A stretch of 64,000 nucleotides of DNA from a virus: positions 9,142-73,141 of the IMG/VR virus record IMGVR_UViG_3300028802_000009, one strand, 5' to 3'. Both the position numbers and the translations under genes were made by a program. Of the stretch, positions 48,781 through 58,350 are shown piece after piece. Position 1 is the stretch's first letter. Each line of letters opens with the position of its first letter. Below the pieces are notes generated by a model. The model saw nothing but the letters and a program-made list of their open reading frames with translations, had not been told where the DNA came from and did no database searches.

Positions 48781-49295
48781 TAGATGGCCGTCTGAACCAT
48801 GAGTTGAAAGTTGTTCTGGTTCACGGGGGCCTGGATAACCGATCCGATGAAATAGGGATTCGGCGCTCTGGGATCCGCGGCTATTGTCCACTCGTCTTCA
48901 GGGGTGAACAGTCCCCGCAGGCTAAATTGTAGCCTTGCGCCGACCGAGAACGTGTTCGGCACAAGCGGAGGCGTCAACCTCGACTGCAACGTGTATCGCT
49001 CATATGCGACCGTCGAAATTACCCACGTCCCGAAACACGCCACCCCAAATCGATAAGTCGGCTGGTTACGGGTCATCGATATGTACTGGTCGGCTGGTTC
49101 GTCCGAGCCCCAAAGGAGAAACCCGCCGTAAGTGCCATCAGAGTACGTAACCACGAAGTTGTCAGAGGTGGAGGCGGCCCAAGTCACGCCTTGGCCCCCC
49201 GGCCAGCCATTTCGGGCCATGGCCGCATCTACCATGACCGGGAAGGTCAGATCCTGAGTGAGGACAATGACATTTCTAGTTCGCGGGATTTCCAT
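48780..49295 (-). CDS. Decoration-like paralog B
   Basis: Start set to ATG 49295 (TGATG); same motifs as paralogs A and C. Confidence 0.7.
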   Translation of the reverse strand: MEIPRTRNVIVLTQDLTFPVMVDAAMARNGWPGGQGVTWAASTSDNFVVTYSDGTYGGFLLWGSDEPADQYISMTRNQPTYRFGVACFGTWVISTVAYERYTLQSRLTPPLVPNTFSVGARLQFSLRGLFTPEDEWTIAADPRAPNPYFIGSVIQAPVNQNNFQLMVQTAI

Positions 49296-49813
49296 CAGAT
49301 GCTCACCTGTATCCCGAGATGTCCGTTGCGCTCCGGGATTGGCCGTTGCGTGACAAACCCAACGTAAAATTGGTTGGGCGCCCGAAGGTCCCCGGACAGC
49401 GTCCACTCATCCTCGTTCGTCCAGAGCCCAGACAGGCTAAAGACCAAGCGGTCGCTCGGGTTATACGTGATCGGCTCAAGCGGCCCTCCGCCCGTTCTGG
49501 AAGCGTAGGTGTAGCGCTCGTAGTTCGCGGTCGAGATCAGCCATCCGCCTGCCCCAAGAACCACGAACCTGTAGACGGGCTGATTGCGAGTCATGGCCGT
49601 GAAATCATCGGATGCTTCATCAGATCCCCACAGCGCGAAGCCCCCGTAATACCCGTCAGACTTCGTCGCCATGAGTCGATCTTGCGTCGTGTTGGCCCAC
49701 TGAAAACCCTGGCCTCCACGCCACCCCTGGCGTGCATCGGTCTCGGTTACGTCTACCGTGATGGTGACGCCCTTGAAGAACACGATCACGTCCCGAGTCC
49801 GAAAGACTTCCAT
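49295..49813 (-). CDS. Decoration-like paralog A
   Basis: Start ATG 49813 (TGATG); same motifs as paralogs B and C. Confidence 0.7.
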   Translation of the reverse strand: MEVFRTRDVIVFFKGVTITVDVTETDARQGWRGGQGFQWANTTQDRLMATKSDGYYGGFALWGSDEASDDFTAMTRNQPVYRFVVLGAGGWLISTANYERYTYASRTGGGPLEPITYNPSDRLVFSLSGLWTNEDEWTLSGDLRAPNQFYVGFVTQRPIPERNGHLGIQVSI

Positions 49814-50064
49814 CAAACTACCCTTTTGAGTTCGATTTTACGCATCGGCAGCTGGCCCCACGCCATGACAACCATACGAAGCCTCGCAAGCTGGGTGTGG
49901 TCACCGTCCAACAAGGCAGCCCAAGAGCCGCCGATTTGCCGAAAGACGACCCGAATCGAGGCGAAGTCTTCCCAGCTCGGCATCAACTTCTCCGAGACCC
50001 CGTGCTGGATTAGTTGCAGGATAACCTTGTTCGCCAGAACGCTGGGTTTCTGCTCTTGATCCAT
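49813..50064 (-). CDS. Small hypothetical protein
   Basis: Fills the gap and is translationally coupled to the next gene. Confidence 0.55.
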   Translation of the reverse strand: MDQEQKPSVLANKVILQLIQHGVSEKLMPSWEDFASIRVVFRQIGGSWAALLDGDHTQLARLRMVVMAWGQLPMRKIELKRVV

Positions 50065-50091
50065 CGTAGTAGGAGCTACCCAAAAAGATTC

Positions 50092-52167
50092 TCACCGAAC
50101 GCCACGTGGAGCGCGTGGTCGGACCATGCGATATCTCGCCGCTGGATTTCGATCCGAGTGCATCCCGTGGGTACGGGCGCGCATCATTTGGTAGCGCTGC
50201 GCGGTCATCGCCCCCGTATCGCTCAGACGCATGCCGGGCAACGACCCGTAGACATACTTCTGATTGCGCATGCGGTCCGCAGTCAGCCAGACGGCACGGG
50301 TGAAAGCGTCGCTCATATCATCGTGGTAGTCGACACCTGGAGGGGCAGCGACCTCGACGATGTTCTTGCTTTTGGTCTTAGCCTCAAGAGTTAGCAGCTC
50401 CTGAATGAAGGCAGAGTGCTTCTTCCCCGAGATCTCGCCCATGATGAACTTCGGGTAGTCGTACAGCAAGAGCCGCCTGTCGAACATGAGCATCTTGGCG
50501 TTCTGGTAGATGCGCGACCGCAGGTCGGGAGTGAAGAACTCGCATTTGAACTGCGTCAGCCCCTTCTTGAGCAACGCCTGCTCAAGCGGTATTCCGTTCC
50601 AACGGTCAAAGATGCCATCGGTGACGTAGAAGCGCTTGGTCAGCTTGTAGATCCACTCGCTGATCTCGTCGAACTCGAGCCTAGGAGCCTCCGCCAAGGT
50701 TCTGCAATAGTCGGTGGAATAGTCGCTACCAAGGTGCGGATTCGACTTCTTCCAATCCACGCCGGCTTGCCAAACCTCGTGGTAGACCAAGACGACCTTG
50801 CCGCCAATTTCAGAGGTGATGAAGATGGCCGTGCCGTCCCGCATGAGCCCGATATCGATGCCCATCTGGTGCGGATAGCGCGGTATTCCGACGTTCTGAG
50901 GCCGGTGTTCTTCCTCCACGCACGCCATGAGATCTTCTTCACGCTCAATCCAGCCGCGAACTCGGCTGCTGAACTGGGCTCCGTGCTCGGTGAGAAACAC
51001 CGCGGGGTCTTCGTGGTACTTCTGCTTGTAGTAGTCCGGCGAAACCGTCGGGTTGATTTCCCAGGTCGGCGCCTGAATGGCCAGCATGTTCTCCGAGCCG
51101 GGGCCAGCAGACATCGCAAGGTGATAAAGGTCGTAGAACTTGCCGCTCTTGTTCAGCGGGGATGAGATAGCGATAACCCGCGACTCCACCGGGTAGGATG
51201 ACCCGTCGGGCTTGAGCATCGTGAGCCCGGTCTTCGGGTCCTTCGGAGAGTACGTCGCGGTCGACGGCGTCACAGAATCATAGATATCCTTGGCGCTCGA
51301 CTGGCCAGAATCCTGATAGTGCGCCATCTCGTCCATGATCACCACGGCGTTGGAATGACCGCGGAGACCCTTTGCGATACATGACTTGAAGGTTACGCGC
51401 AGTGTAGCCTTGCCATTAAAACTGACGAACTTGCCGTTCTGGTGTCGGGACGTTGGGCCGTAGCGCTCGATGTCATACGGCGTTCTAAACTTGATCTGCG
51501 ACTGCGTGTTGTTGGCGATGTACGGCTTGAAGTAATCGCACTTCGCAAGGTGCGTCGTCACCTCATTGAACAAGATACCCGCTTGGTCCTTATCGGTCGC
51601 AACCGAGATAATCTGAATCAGGTTGCCGTTCGGAAACCCGTAGTAGGATTGCGGGTTACCGAAGTTCAGCAGCCGATAGATCTCGTAGCTGGCGAAAATC
51701 GAGCTTAGCGTGGTCTTTCCACCACGGCGGCCGATACTCAGCACTAGCTGGCGCCGCTCGCGATCTTGCTCGCCGATGTTGCAGCGCCCCTCGTTGTGCA
51801 AGAACGTCAGGTACTCGCGCTCCGTGAAGCGATACATGACCTTCGTGCCGAGCATGTCTTTGATCTCAATGCTCTTCTCCGTTGCGTCCAACGGCATGAA
51901 ATAGTAGAGCTTGACCAAGAAGCGCTGCACCGGGTAGAGCCGCATCCCGAGGCCCCAGCTGGACTCGATGTAGTCCAGGATGTTGAAAATCTTAGGGCGG
52001 AACGGCTTGACCTCGTCAAGCACGAACTCTGTCTCTACCCCCGAGTCTTCATGCTCGGCTTGCGCGGCCGCAGCCGACTTCTGCTCGGACTCTAGCTTAG
52101 CCTGGGACGCGGCCTCTCGAATGAATCGAGCGACACCCTCCCCGGTTCGTTTCTTTTGTGCAGGCAC
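50092..52167 (-). CDS. terL: Terminase large subunit
   Basis: Walker A GRRGGKT, Walker B VIMDE, ISSP coupling motif, nuclease GIDIG...HDDMSDA. Confidence 0.93.
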   Translation of the reverse strand: MPAQKKRTGEGVARFIREAASQAKLESEQKSAAAAQAEHEDSGVETEFVLDEVKPFRPKIFNILDYIESSWGLGMRLYPVQRFLVKLYYFMPLDATEKSIEIKDMLGTKVMYRFTEREYLTFLHNEGRCNIGEQDRERRQLVLSIGRRGGKTTLSSIFASYEIYRLLNFGNPQSYYGFPNGNLIQIISVATDKDQAGILFNEVTTHLAKCDYFKPYIANNTQSQIKFRTPYDIERYGPTSRHQNGKFVSFNGKATLRVTFKSCIAKGLRGHSNAVVIMDEMAHYQDSGQSSAKDIYDSVTPSTATYSPKDPKTGLTMLKPDGSSYPVESRVIAISSPLNKSGKFYDLYHLAMSAGPGSENMLAIQAPTWEINPTVSPDYYKQKYHEDPAVFLTEHGAQFSSRVRGWIEREEDLMACVEEEHRPQNVGIPRYPHQMGIDIGLMRDGTAIFITSEIGGKVVLVYHEVWQAGVDWKKSNPHLGSDYSTDYCRTLAEAPRLEFDEISEWIYKLTKRFYVTDGIFDRWNGIPLEQALLKKGLTQFKCEFFTPDLRSRIYQNAKMLMFDRRLLLYDYPKFIMGEISGKKHSAFIQELLTLEAKTKSKNIVEVAAPPGVDYHDDMSDAFTRAVWLTADRMRNQKYVYGSLPGMRLSDTGAMTAQRYQMMRARTHGMHSDRNPAARYRMVRPRAPRGVR

Positions 52168-52191
52168 ATATCACCAGGAATGCGGCTAGAC

Positions 52192-52824
52192 CTATCTAAC
52201 GAGGTCCGCCGCTCTCTCTTCCCAGCCATCCATTGCCGTAGTCAAACGGTTGAAAAACAGGTCGAGTTGCTCGGGGCCAAGAGTAGCGACGGCCGCATCC
52301 TTGACGATCTCAGTCCAGAGCTGGAAAACTCGTTGCAGCTTCTCGCCATGCAAGTCGAGCTGGTCAAACCCGATCTTGTGCATCTCAAGCTCAATGTCCG
52401 CGATCTTCTTCAGAGCGTCGATACGCCGACCCGAGATCGCGCTGGAGTCTCGGCCCATGCGCTCGTTGATGATGCGCTGGTAGGCAAGGCTGGCCGTCTC
52501 CCTGGCGACTTCTTTCTTCAGGGCTGACAGCAACGAAAGAGGGTCCTTGCCGGACGAGTTTTGAACTACCGGATCCCCGGATACAAACTGCTCGCGCTCT
52601 TCCGACAGCGCCTCGTAGTATTCGAGGTCCTCCTGTGATGGACGATTACGCACCATAGGGCGGGGCCTGTTTCCAAGTGCCTTTCCCCCGGCCATTGCTT
52701 GGTTCTTCGGCGGGACAAACAGTACTTGTATGGTTGGTTGAACGGTCTGTGTTTTTACTTCCGGGCCGGTGATCTCCGCCAAGAGTTCATCGGCATCGTT
52801 GTCATCTAATATATCGCTGCTCAT
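52192..52824 (-). CDS. Terminase small subunit candidate
   Basis: Helical 210-aa protein directly upstream of terL; synteny only. Confidence 0.45.
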   Translation of the reverse strand: MSSDILDDNDADELLAEITGPEVKTQTVQPTIQVLFVPPKNQAMAGGKALGNRPRPMVRNRPSQEDLEYYEALSEEREQFVSGDPVVQNSSGKDPLSLLSALKKEVARETASLAYQRIINERMGRDSSAISGRRIDALKKIADIELEMHKIGFDQLDLHGEKLQRVFQLWTEIVKDAAVATLGPEQLDLFFNRLTTAMDGWEERAADLVR

Positions 52825-52827
52825 ATC

Positions 52828-53241
52828 TCATTTCCCAACGGGCTTAGTGCCGCCTCCCCCATCGGTCTCCACCAAATACTGGCTGAGGTTCTTCACCGTG
52901 GCGTACCCCTTGTCTTTGGGGATCTGCTTCCGAATCGCCGTCTCCATGTCCTGATAGTCGTCACTGACACCCGGCCAGCCCTTGTTGACTAGGTCGAGGA
53001 CATTCATGTTGTTTGGCTTCGGCTGAAACACGTCCTGTGGGCGTAGGTCACGACGATCCGGATCAATGGTATCAGTACGGCGAAGGTCAGTTGTGACGTA
53101 GTCCTTGAGCGTCGTCTTGGACATGCCTTTGGCCTTGTTGATTGGGCCAACCAGGTCTTTGACGTTCTTGCGCGCACCGGGGCCTTGGTCCGCTTTCTTG
53201 AAGCGGGCCGCAACACGCATGGCTACGCGACTGAATGTCAA
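52828..53241 (-). CDS. Small basic putative head-internal protein
   Basis: Begins SRVAMRVAARFKKA. Confidence 0.6.
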   Translation of the reverse strand: MTFSRVAMRVAARFKKADQGPGARKNVKDLVGPINKAKGMSKTTLKDYVTTDLRRTDTIDPDRRDLRPQDVFQPKPNNMNVLDLVNKGWPGVSDDYQDMETAIRKQIPKDKGYATVKNLSQYLVETDGGGGTKPVGK

Positions 53242-55238
53242 AGCTTGACCTCCCCCTGGCCGAACATAATCGTCACGTCTCGCGGCGCCTCGGTCGCTTT
53301 GACATCGACCACGATCTCATTCTGCATCTGGAATTCATCCACCATCGAGGCTCCGTTATTCACGAGGTCCGCGTAAGCGATCGACGTAGAGCTACCGGAT
53401 GCCAGTACGGCTCGCTGCTGCGCCACCTTGTCTGTGTAAGGCGGCTCAGTGACCAGCGGCTTGTTGATCTTGGAGCAATACCCCGTCTTCACCTGATGCA
53501 CGCAGCTCATGCATTTCGAGCCGTACTTGAGGTACGGAACGCCGCGCGAGCCATAGAGACGACTTGCCTCATCACAGCCCTTGCCATAATCGTCATACAC
53601 GGAAGGGTCGAGGTAGTAGACCCCCTGCAGCCCTTGCTCAGCGACCACTCTCCGCAGCTCTTGTTTCGACGCCACAAGATCGCGTGGGTCGAACTGAGTC
53701 TTGAGCGCGGCGATAAGGTCCCGCCCATACAGGCCCTCGTTCATGTATCGAGACGCCTGCTTGATGACCTCTTTGCGCGCCACGCCACTTGTGGCGTACT
53801 CGGGCGTGTCGCCGTAGAAGCCTGTCATGGCTCCAAGCCGCTCCGGAGCCCCTGCCACCGACCGTGCAGAAGTACGAACAGCGTGATGAATCGCCTTCAA
53901 AGCCTGACTTGGGCTATCGCCCCAGCTCGCCGCCGTCTTAGTATTCAGCCCCGGCAAGCGACCCGCGGTGCGATGCTCAAGCAGCACGGCGTCCACAGTC
54001 TCCTGTGTGAGGATGTCCGCAGCTTGCTTCACCAGCGGTTTGCCGTAGAGCAAGCATCGCGTCTTGTTGTAGATGCAGGAGCCGCACTTCGATCCGGCCA
54101 CGATGGCTCGAACCGTTGGGTTGTGCTTCGCCAAGAAGTCGGCGCCCTCGTGGCAATCTTGGAAGCTGGCCTGCTTCGTGTAGATCACGCCATAAAGCCC
54201 AGTCTCTTTTAGGATCGGCGCCCAGTGACTGTGGGTACGACGCAGCACGCTCTCATCAAAAGCTAGCCGAAGAGAGCTAGCCGTCTCGGCGTGGGACAAG
54301 CCCTTAACCATCTGACGGTGCAAGAAATCCTGGACGGGCTTGGCCTCAACGGCGAGCTGGTCCTGAGCCAGCTTGCCCTTCAAAAGCGACGACGCCTCAA
54401 TCAGCTGCTCACGCGCCTGCACAGGGGTGGGTAACGCCGGCTTGTGCTGGTTGAGGCCCTGTCCTGCGTAGGCTTCAGATCGCCCGCTCCCCGGCGCCAA
54501 GTAAGCCGCCCTGATGCGCTCCTTGGCGGAAGGCGCGTCCGATGCCTGGATGATGCGACCGCGGGCCGCCTGAGACCGCTCCACGGAACCTGCGAGCTTG
54601 TCCGTGTACGGTACCTCGCTGACCAATGGGCGACCGAACTGGCTGCAATGGCCCGGCGCATTCGGCTGCGCCGTCCGGCAGTGTGGGCACCCGCCGCACC
54701 CAGTCTTGGAGAGGACGTAGCGCGAAGTCGGGGCGTGCTTGTTGATCAAGGCCGTGGCCTTCGCCGGGTCGAGCCCAGAAAAATCGTCAGCCACCACGTA
54801 GTAACGGCCGACAAGCCCGCGCTCCTTGAGCACAGACGCCAATACCTCGCGGTGCTCCCGGAGAACCTCCACAGGATAGCGGCGCCGTAGTTCGCTTCGC
54901 AGCCGAGCGGTGTCATCCGACTGCAGCAAACTCAGCCTAGCCACCTTGGCGATTTCTTCCCCTTTGGGGCGGAGCTTGCCGTGAACCTGAGACAGGTCCC
55001 CCATCGTATGAGGATCGTTGATCCCAACGTTGGGAACCGTCTGCACGTTCGGGATCAAATAAGCCGTCGCAGACTCGCCCTCGCGAGCCCACAGAGCCTC
55101 TAGGTCGGGCCTGATGTCGAGGTTCTGCTTCGGCAGTAGCGCCTCAGCTCGATACTTCTCTTCATCAACATCGAGCCAGTCCAGATCCGAGATCGCCGCA
55201 TCTTTCAGAAATCCACTTAGGTCTAGTTCAGCCATCAC
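53238..55238 (-). CDS. Protein with three repeated Cys-rich domains
   Basis: E.GL.G.(Y/I)Y...CxxC...C....(R/K)PLV occurs three times. Confidence 0.7.
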   Translation of the reverse strand: MMAELDLSGFLKDAAISDLDWLDVDEEKYRAEALLPKQNLDIRPDLEALWAREGESATAYLIPNVQTVPNVGINDPHTMGDLSQVHGKLRPKGEEIAKVARLSLLQSDDTARLRSELRRRYPVEVLREHREVLASVLKERGLVGRYYVVADDFSGLDPAKATALINKHAPTSRYVLSKTGCGGCPHCRTAQPNAPGHCSQFGRPLVSEVPYTDKLAGSVERSQAARGRIIQASDAPSAKERIRAAYLAPGSGRSEAYAGQGLNQHKPALPTPVQAREQLIEASSLLKGKLAQDQLAVEAKPVQDFLHRQMVKGLSHAETASSLRLAFDESVLRRTHSHWAPILKETGLYGVIYTKQASFQDCHEGADFLAKHNPTVRAIVAGSKCGSCIYNKTRCLLYGKPLVKQAADILTQETVDAVLLEHRTAGRLPGLNTKTAASWGDSPSQALKAIHHAVRTSARSVAGAPERLGAMTGFYGDTPEYATSGVARKEVIKQASRYMNEGLYGRDLIAALKTQFDPRDLVASKQELRRVVAEQGLQGVYYLDPSVYDDYGKGCDEASRLYGSRGVPYLKYGSKCMSCVHQVKTGYCSKINKPLVTEPPYTDKVAQQRAVLASGSSTSIAYADLVNNGASMVDEFQMQNEIVVDVKATEAPRDVTIMFGQGEVKL

Positions 55239-57148
55239 CGCTCTCCGTCTTTCTGATTGATGTATGGCCCGTCATCGTCTCGCTGGTACAACGGGTCCGG
55301 ACGCATATTGCGGGTGGAATGATCCCACTTTACGTAAGGCTGGTTTTGCTCGTGCCGGTAACCGATACCCGGTTGAACATCCATAGAATGGTCGTCAGAG
55401 GCGTCTGCCTCCGCAGGCAATTCAGAGTTCGAGAACATGTGCTCACGATAATGCGCCGGTCGAGGGCTCACACGTCTAGGCTGTCCTGGGAATGACTGCC
55501 CTGGCACCTTGGAAGATCCGACATTGCTCGGACCTACGTTGACGGGATTCGACCCCTTGTCTCCGCCGCGGTAATAGTCAGATCTCGCGACAGGCGGCTG
55601 ACCATCGTTCGGCAGATTTGACTGCCCTCTACGCGCTTGCCGATTGCTACGACCCATCTCCATCTCGATGGCCGGGGTCGTGTCACTCTCATCATCGTGC
55701 AGCTTGCCAGCGGGGTCGCTCGGCAACTTGGAAGACGGCCCAAAAACACCCTTCCCATCAGGGTCCTTTTCGCCGTAACCGCCCGCCCCCTGACCATGAG
55801 CATCGTTGCCATCGCCGTACCCGATGCCGAAGTCCCAACCTTCAGTCGGGGTGTTATCGGTATACCTACCGGGCATCCTGGAGTCGGCACTCTTCAACAA
55901 GCCCCGCTGGTCCATCAACATGAAATCGTCGAGGTCCTTTTTCGTAAGCTTGTACTTGCGTGCACCGTGGGTAGTTAGAATCTGAGCTGGCGGTCGGCCC
56001 TTCTTGATCAAATCTACGATGCCTCGAATGGTGTTGACGTCCGGCGCGTCTTGGTCTAGCCGCTCGTCATACTCAATGAGTGACGGCCATGCCGGCTGCC
56101 GACCCGCCGCCTTATCCGGCAACGCGTTCTCCCACTCAGACTCGTAGAGATAGTCCTTCCCAGCTCCGTCCTCCCTGCTCCACTCGTCACGCATAGACGG
56201 CGGTTCATCGGAGTTATAGGAGCCGAACGGACCCGTCTGATCGGTGTCTGCGCGGTCCATGTGCTGGACACGCGGCCCGCCAGACATCGTCTCCACGGGG
56301 ATCGATGAGTTGGCGTACCGCCGCGCGATCCGCTCAACCAAGGTCTCCGAACGAGAGGAAGCCGTCTTTACCTTCCCAGACTCGCTGTCGGGCATATCCT
56401 CCGCGTCGGGCACTTCGGAGCCGCCTTCTTCATCCTCGTCTTCCTCGTCTTCATCCTCGTCCTCCCCTTTCCCCTTGAAAGCGGGTGGAGGCGGGGTCTG
56501 AAAGCGCTCATCGGACTCCGGGTTCGAGACTTCACCTTCCTCAAGTTCGGCTTGCTCGCCCTTCTCTTCGGCCTGATTCAAACCGTCCTGTACGAAAGAC
56601 TCATCTTCGGGATTCTCAAGAACGCGCTCGGCATCTCCGACCAAGCGCTCGACACTCTCCACGTCTTGGCTTTCCAGCTCGCCCAACTTTGGGCGCCAGT
56701 GCGGGGCGTGAAGCTCATCGTGGATGGTATCTGAAACCGACGAGATAGCTTCGCACGCGTCATGCAAGGCGCCGCGGACATCCTTGACTGACATCACGTA
56801 GCCCCGACCGCCGATGAGGCCATCCGGTGAGATGGTCGCCGACTTGAGCTTCGTGAACTCCCGGTGCGCCGTCATCGCGTGCCCGAGAGAGATACTCAGC
56901 GTCCACAGCATCCGAGCCAGCGGCTTCAAGGCGCGGGGGTCGTAGTCGTAATCATTCGGGATCGCCCTTCGCATCGAAGTCGAGGGGCCGATCGACGCCT
57001 TATCCGGACGCTCCGGTTGCGCCGCAACACCCGCGGGATCGACCGCATCCTCTAGCCCGGCTTGTCTCAGGTGGTGTCTCAGGCGCGTCTGCTCAGAGGC
57101 GCGAAGGTGGCGCCGTAAAGCAGCTAGGGTCTTCTTGCGAGTTTCCAC
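55235..57148 (-). CDS. Acidic, disordered putative internal head protein
   Basis: KTAS, RIARRYA, KSA and RQA motifs; repeated S-x-[LIMV]-P. Confidence 0.65.
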   Translation of the reverse strand: METRKKTLAALRRHLRASEQTRLRHHLRQAGLEDAVDPAGVAAQPERPDKASIGPSTSMRRAIPNDYDYDPRALKPLARMLWTLSISLGHAMTAHREFTKLKSATISPDGLIGGRGYVMSVKDVRGALHDACEAISSVSDTIHDELHAPHWRPKLGELESQDVESVERLVGDAERVLENPEDESFVQDGLNQAEEKGEQAELEEGEVSNPESDERFQTPPPPAFKGKGEDEDEDEEDEDEEGGSEVPDAEDMPDSESGKVKTASSRSETLVERIARRYANSSIPVETMSGGPRVQHMDRADTDQTGPFGSYNSDEPPSMRDEWSREDGAGKDYLYESEWENALPDKAAGRQPAWPSLIEYDERLDQDAPDVNTIRGIVDLIKKGRPPAQILTTHGARKYKLTKKDLDDFMLMDQRGLLKSADSRMPGRYTDNTPTEGWDFGIGYGDGNDAHGQGAGGYGEKDPDGKGVFGPSSKLPSDPAGKLHDDESDTTPAIEMEMGRSNRQARRGQSNLPNDGQPPVARSDYYRGGDKGSNPVNVGPSNVGSSKVPGQSFPGQPRRVSPRPAHYREHMFSNSELPAEADASDDHSMDVQPGIGYRHEQNQPYVKWDHSTRNMRPDPLYQRDDDGPYINQKDGER

Positions 57149-57149
57149 G

Positions 57150-57419
57150 TTAGCCTTTCAGGGCCTCTCCGTTGTCATCAAACAAGCGCTCGATGAAATA
57201 CTGGCCGTCTGCCTCTTTCTTGAGCGCCCAAAGCTCGCGCTCGCTCCGGTGAATCAGCGTCTCAGCTGACAGACGAATGAAACCCTTGAGGTCCACCATC
57301 GAAGCCACCTTTCGGCGCCCGGACCCGTGTGGCTTCAAAATATGCTCTTCGCGCTGAAGCATGGCATCCAAACCAACAGCACCGGACATCACCATGTTGC
57401 CTAGATCGAAATCGGCCAT
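57150..57419 (-). CDS. Small hypothetical protein
   Basis: SD GAGG; RKVAS; LIHRSERELW. Confidence 0.65.
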   Translation of the reverse strand: MADFDLGNMVMSGAVGLDAMLQREEHILKPHGSGRRKVASMVDLKGFIRLSAETLIHRSERELWALKKEADGQYFIERLFDDNGEALKG

Positions 57420-57426
57420 CTTTCCC

Positions 57427-58323
57427 TCACGAAATGTTGAGTGTCACAACAACGTCTACACTCATGTTGGAGCTATACCCAGTAATTCTAAGCGTCTCCG
57501 TGTAGACACCCGACAACATGCCATTCGGCGGGGCTACCGCGACGGTAATGGGCTGCATGCTGCCCCCATTGATCGAACCATAAACCGGCGAGACGCTCGC
57601 CAGCCAAGGCACACCAACCAGGCGGCGGATCTGATAGTCGAGGACGCTGGAACCCAGCCCGCTGTTGAACAGCGAAAGCTGCTGAGACGGGATCGGTGGG
57701 AAATCCCCAGCGAACGGCGCCCCCACGTAGAACGACAAAGCCGTAGGCGCCGGGGATATCGTCGCCTTGGGTCTGACGGTCACCGCTACAGGTATTACCT
57801 GCGGACTGTTAGAAGCCGCACTACTCTGCACAGTCAGCCCCGCAGTGTACGGGCTCCCGCTTGCAAGCAAGTACGTGCTATCAACGGACACATCGAAGCT
57901 GCCTGATGCGTTGGCAACCAGCCCACCAATATTGGCAGGCATCGCAATCACATAAGGAGCCGACGACGTGATCTGGACACTCAGCAGAGACCCCAAGATA
58001 CCGTTGTTCGTAACGCGGATCGGCGCCGAGGCCGACACTCCACGCCCCTCATCAAGCACAAAGACCAGCGAAACCGGGTCGAGCAGGATCGACGGCGGGT
58101 ACGCCAAGAGAACCTGCTGGATCGAATCGGCCATCGCCTGCACGACTTCACCGGGGATCGGGATGGAGTCCCGCAGCAAGCCGTAAGGAGTGATCACGTC
58201 GCGGACCTCTGTCTGGACTTGCGCCTTTGAGACGTCCACGCGCGTAGTCCAGCGCCAAGCCCCGCTCGCAAGCGACACCTCGAATTGATAGTCTTGGAAC
58301 CGGAGTAGGGATTGGATCGCCAA
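57427..58323 (-). CDS. Protein with two BACON/Ig-like domains
   Basis: Start set to TTG 58323 (SD GAGG); VPWLASVSPVYGSI...ITVAV...GVYTETL. Confidence 0.65.
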   Translation of the reverse strand: MAIQSLLRFQDYQFEVSLASGAWRWTTRVDVSKAQVQTEVRDVITPYGLLRDSIPIPGEVVQAMADSIQQVLLAYPPSILLDPVSLVFVLDEGRGVSASAPIRVTNNGILGSLLSVQITSSAPYVIAMPANIGGLVANASGSFDVSVDSTYLLASGSPYTAGLTVQSSAASNSPQVIPVAVTVRPKATISPAPTALSFYVGAPFAGDFPPIPSQQLSLFNSGLGSSVLDYQIRRLVGVPWLASVSPVYGSINGGSMQPITVAVAPPNGMLSGVYTETLRITGYSSNMSVDVVVTLNIS

Positions 58324-58350
58324 CGAACAGTCCTCGACTATCCCCGGACC

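Noticed and set aside
50092-52167. Intein or intron in the terminase (also considered for portal and dnaX)
   Set aside because: No C...HN splice motifs or LAGLIDADG/HNH inserts seen; the extra length is explained by short insertions and tails
53238-55238. CxxCxH motifs as heme-c attachment sites
   Set aside because: Heme c needs CxxCH; the spacing differs and there is no signal peptide
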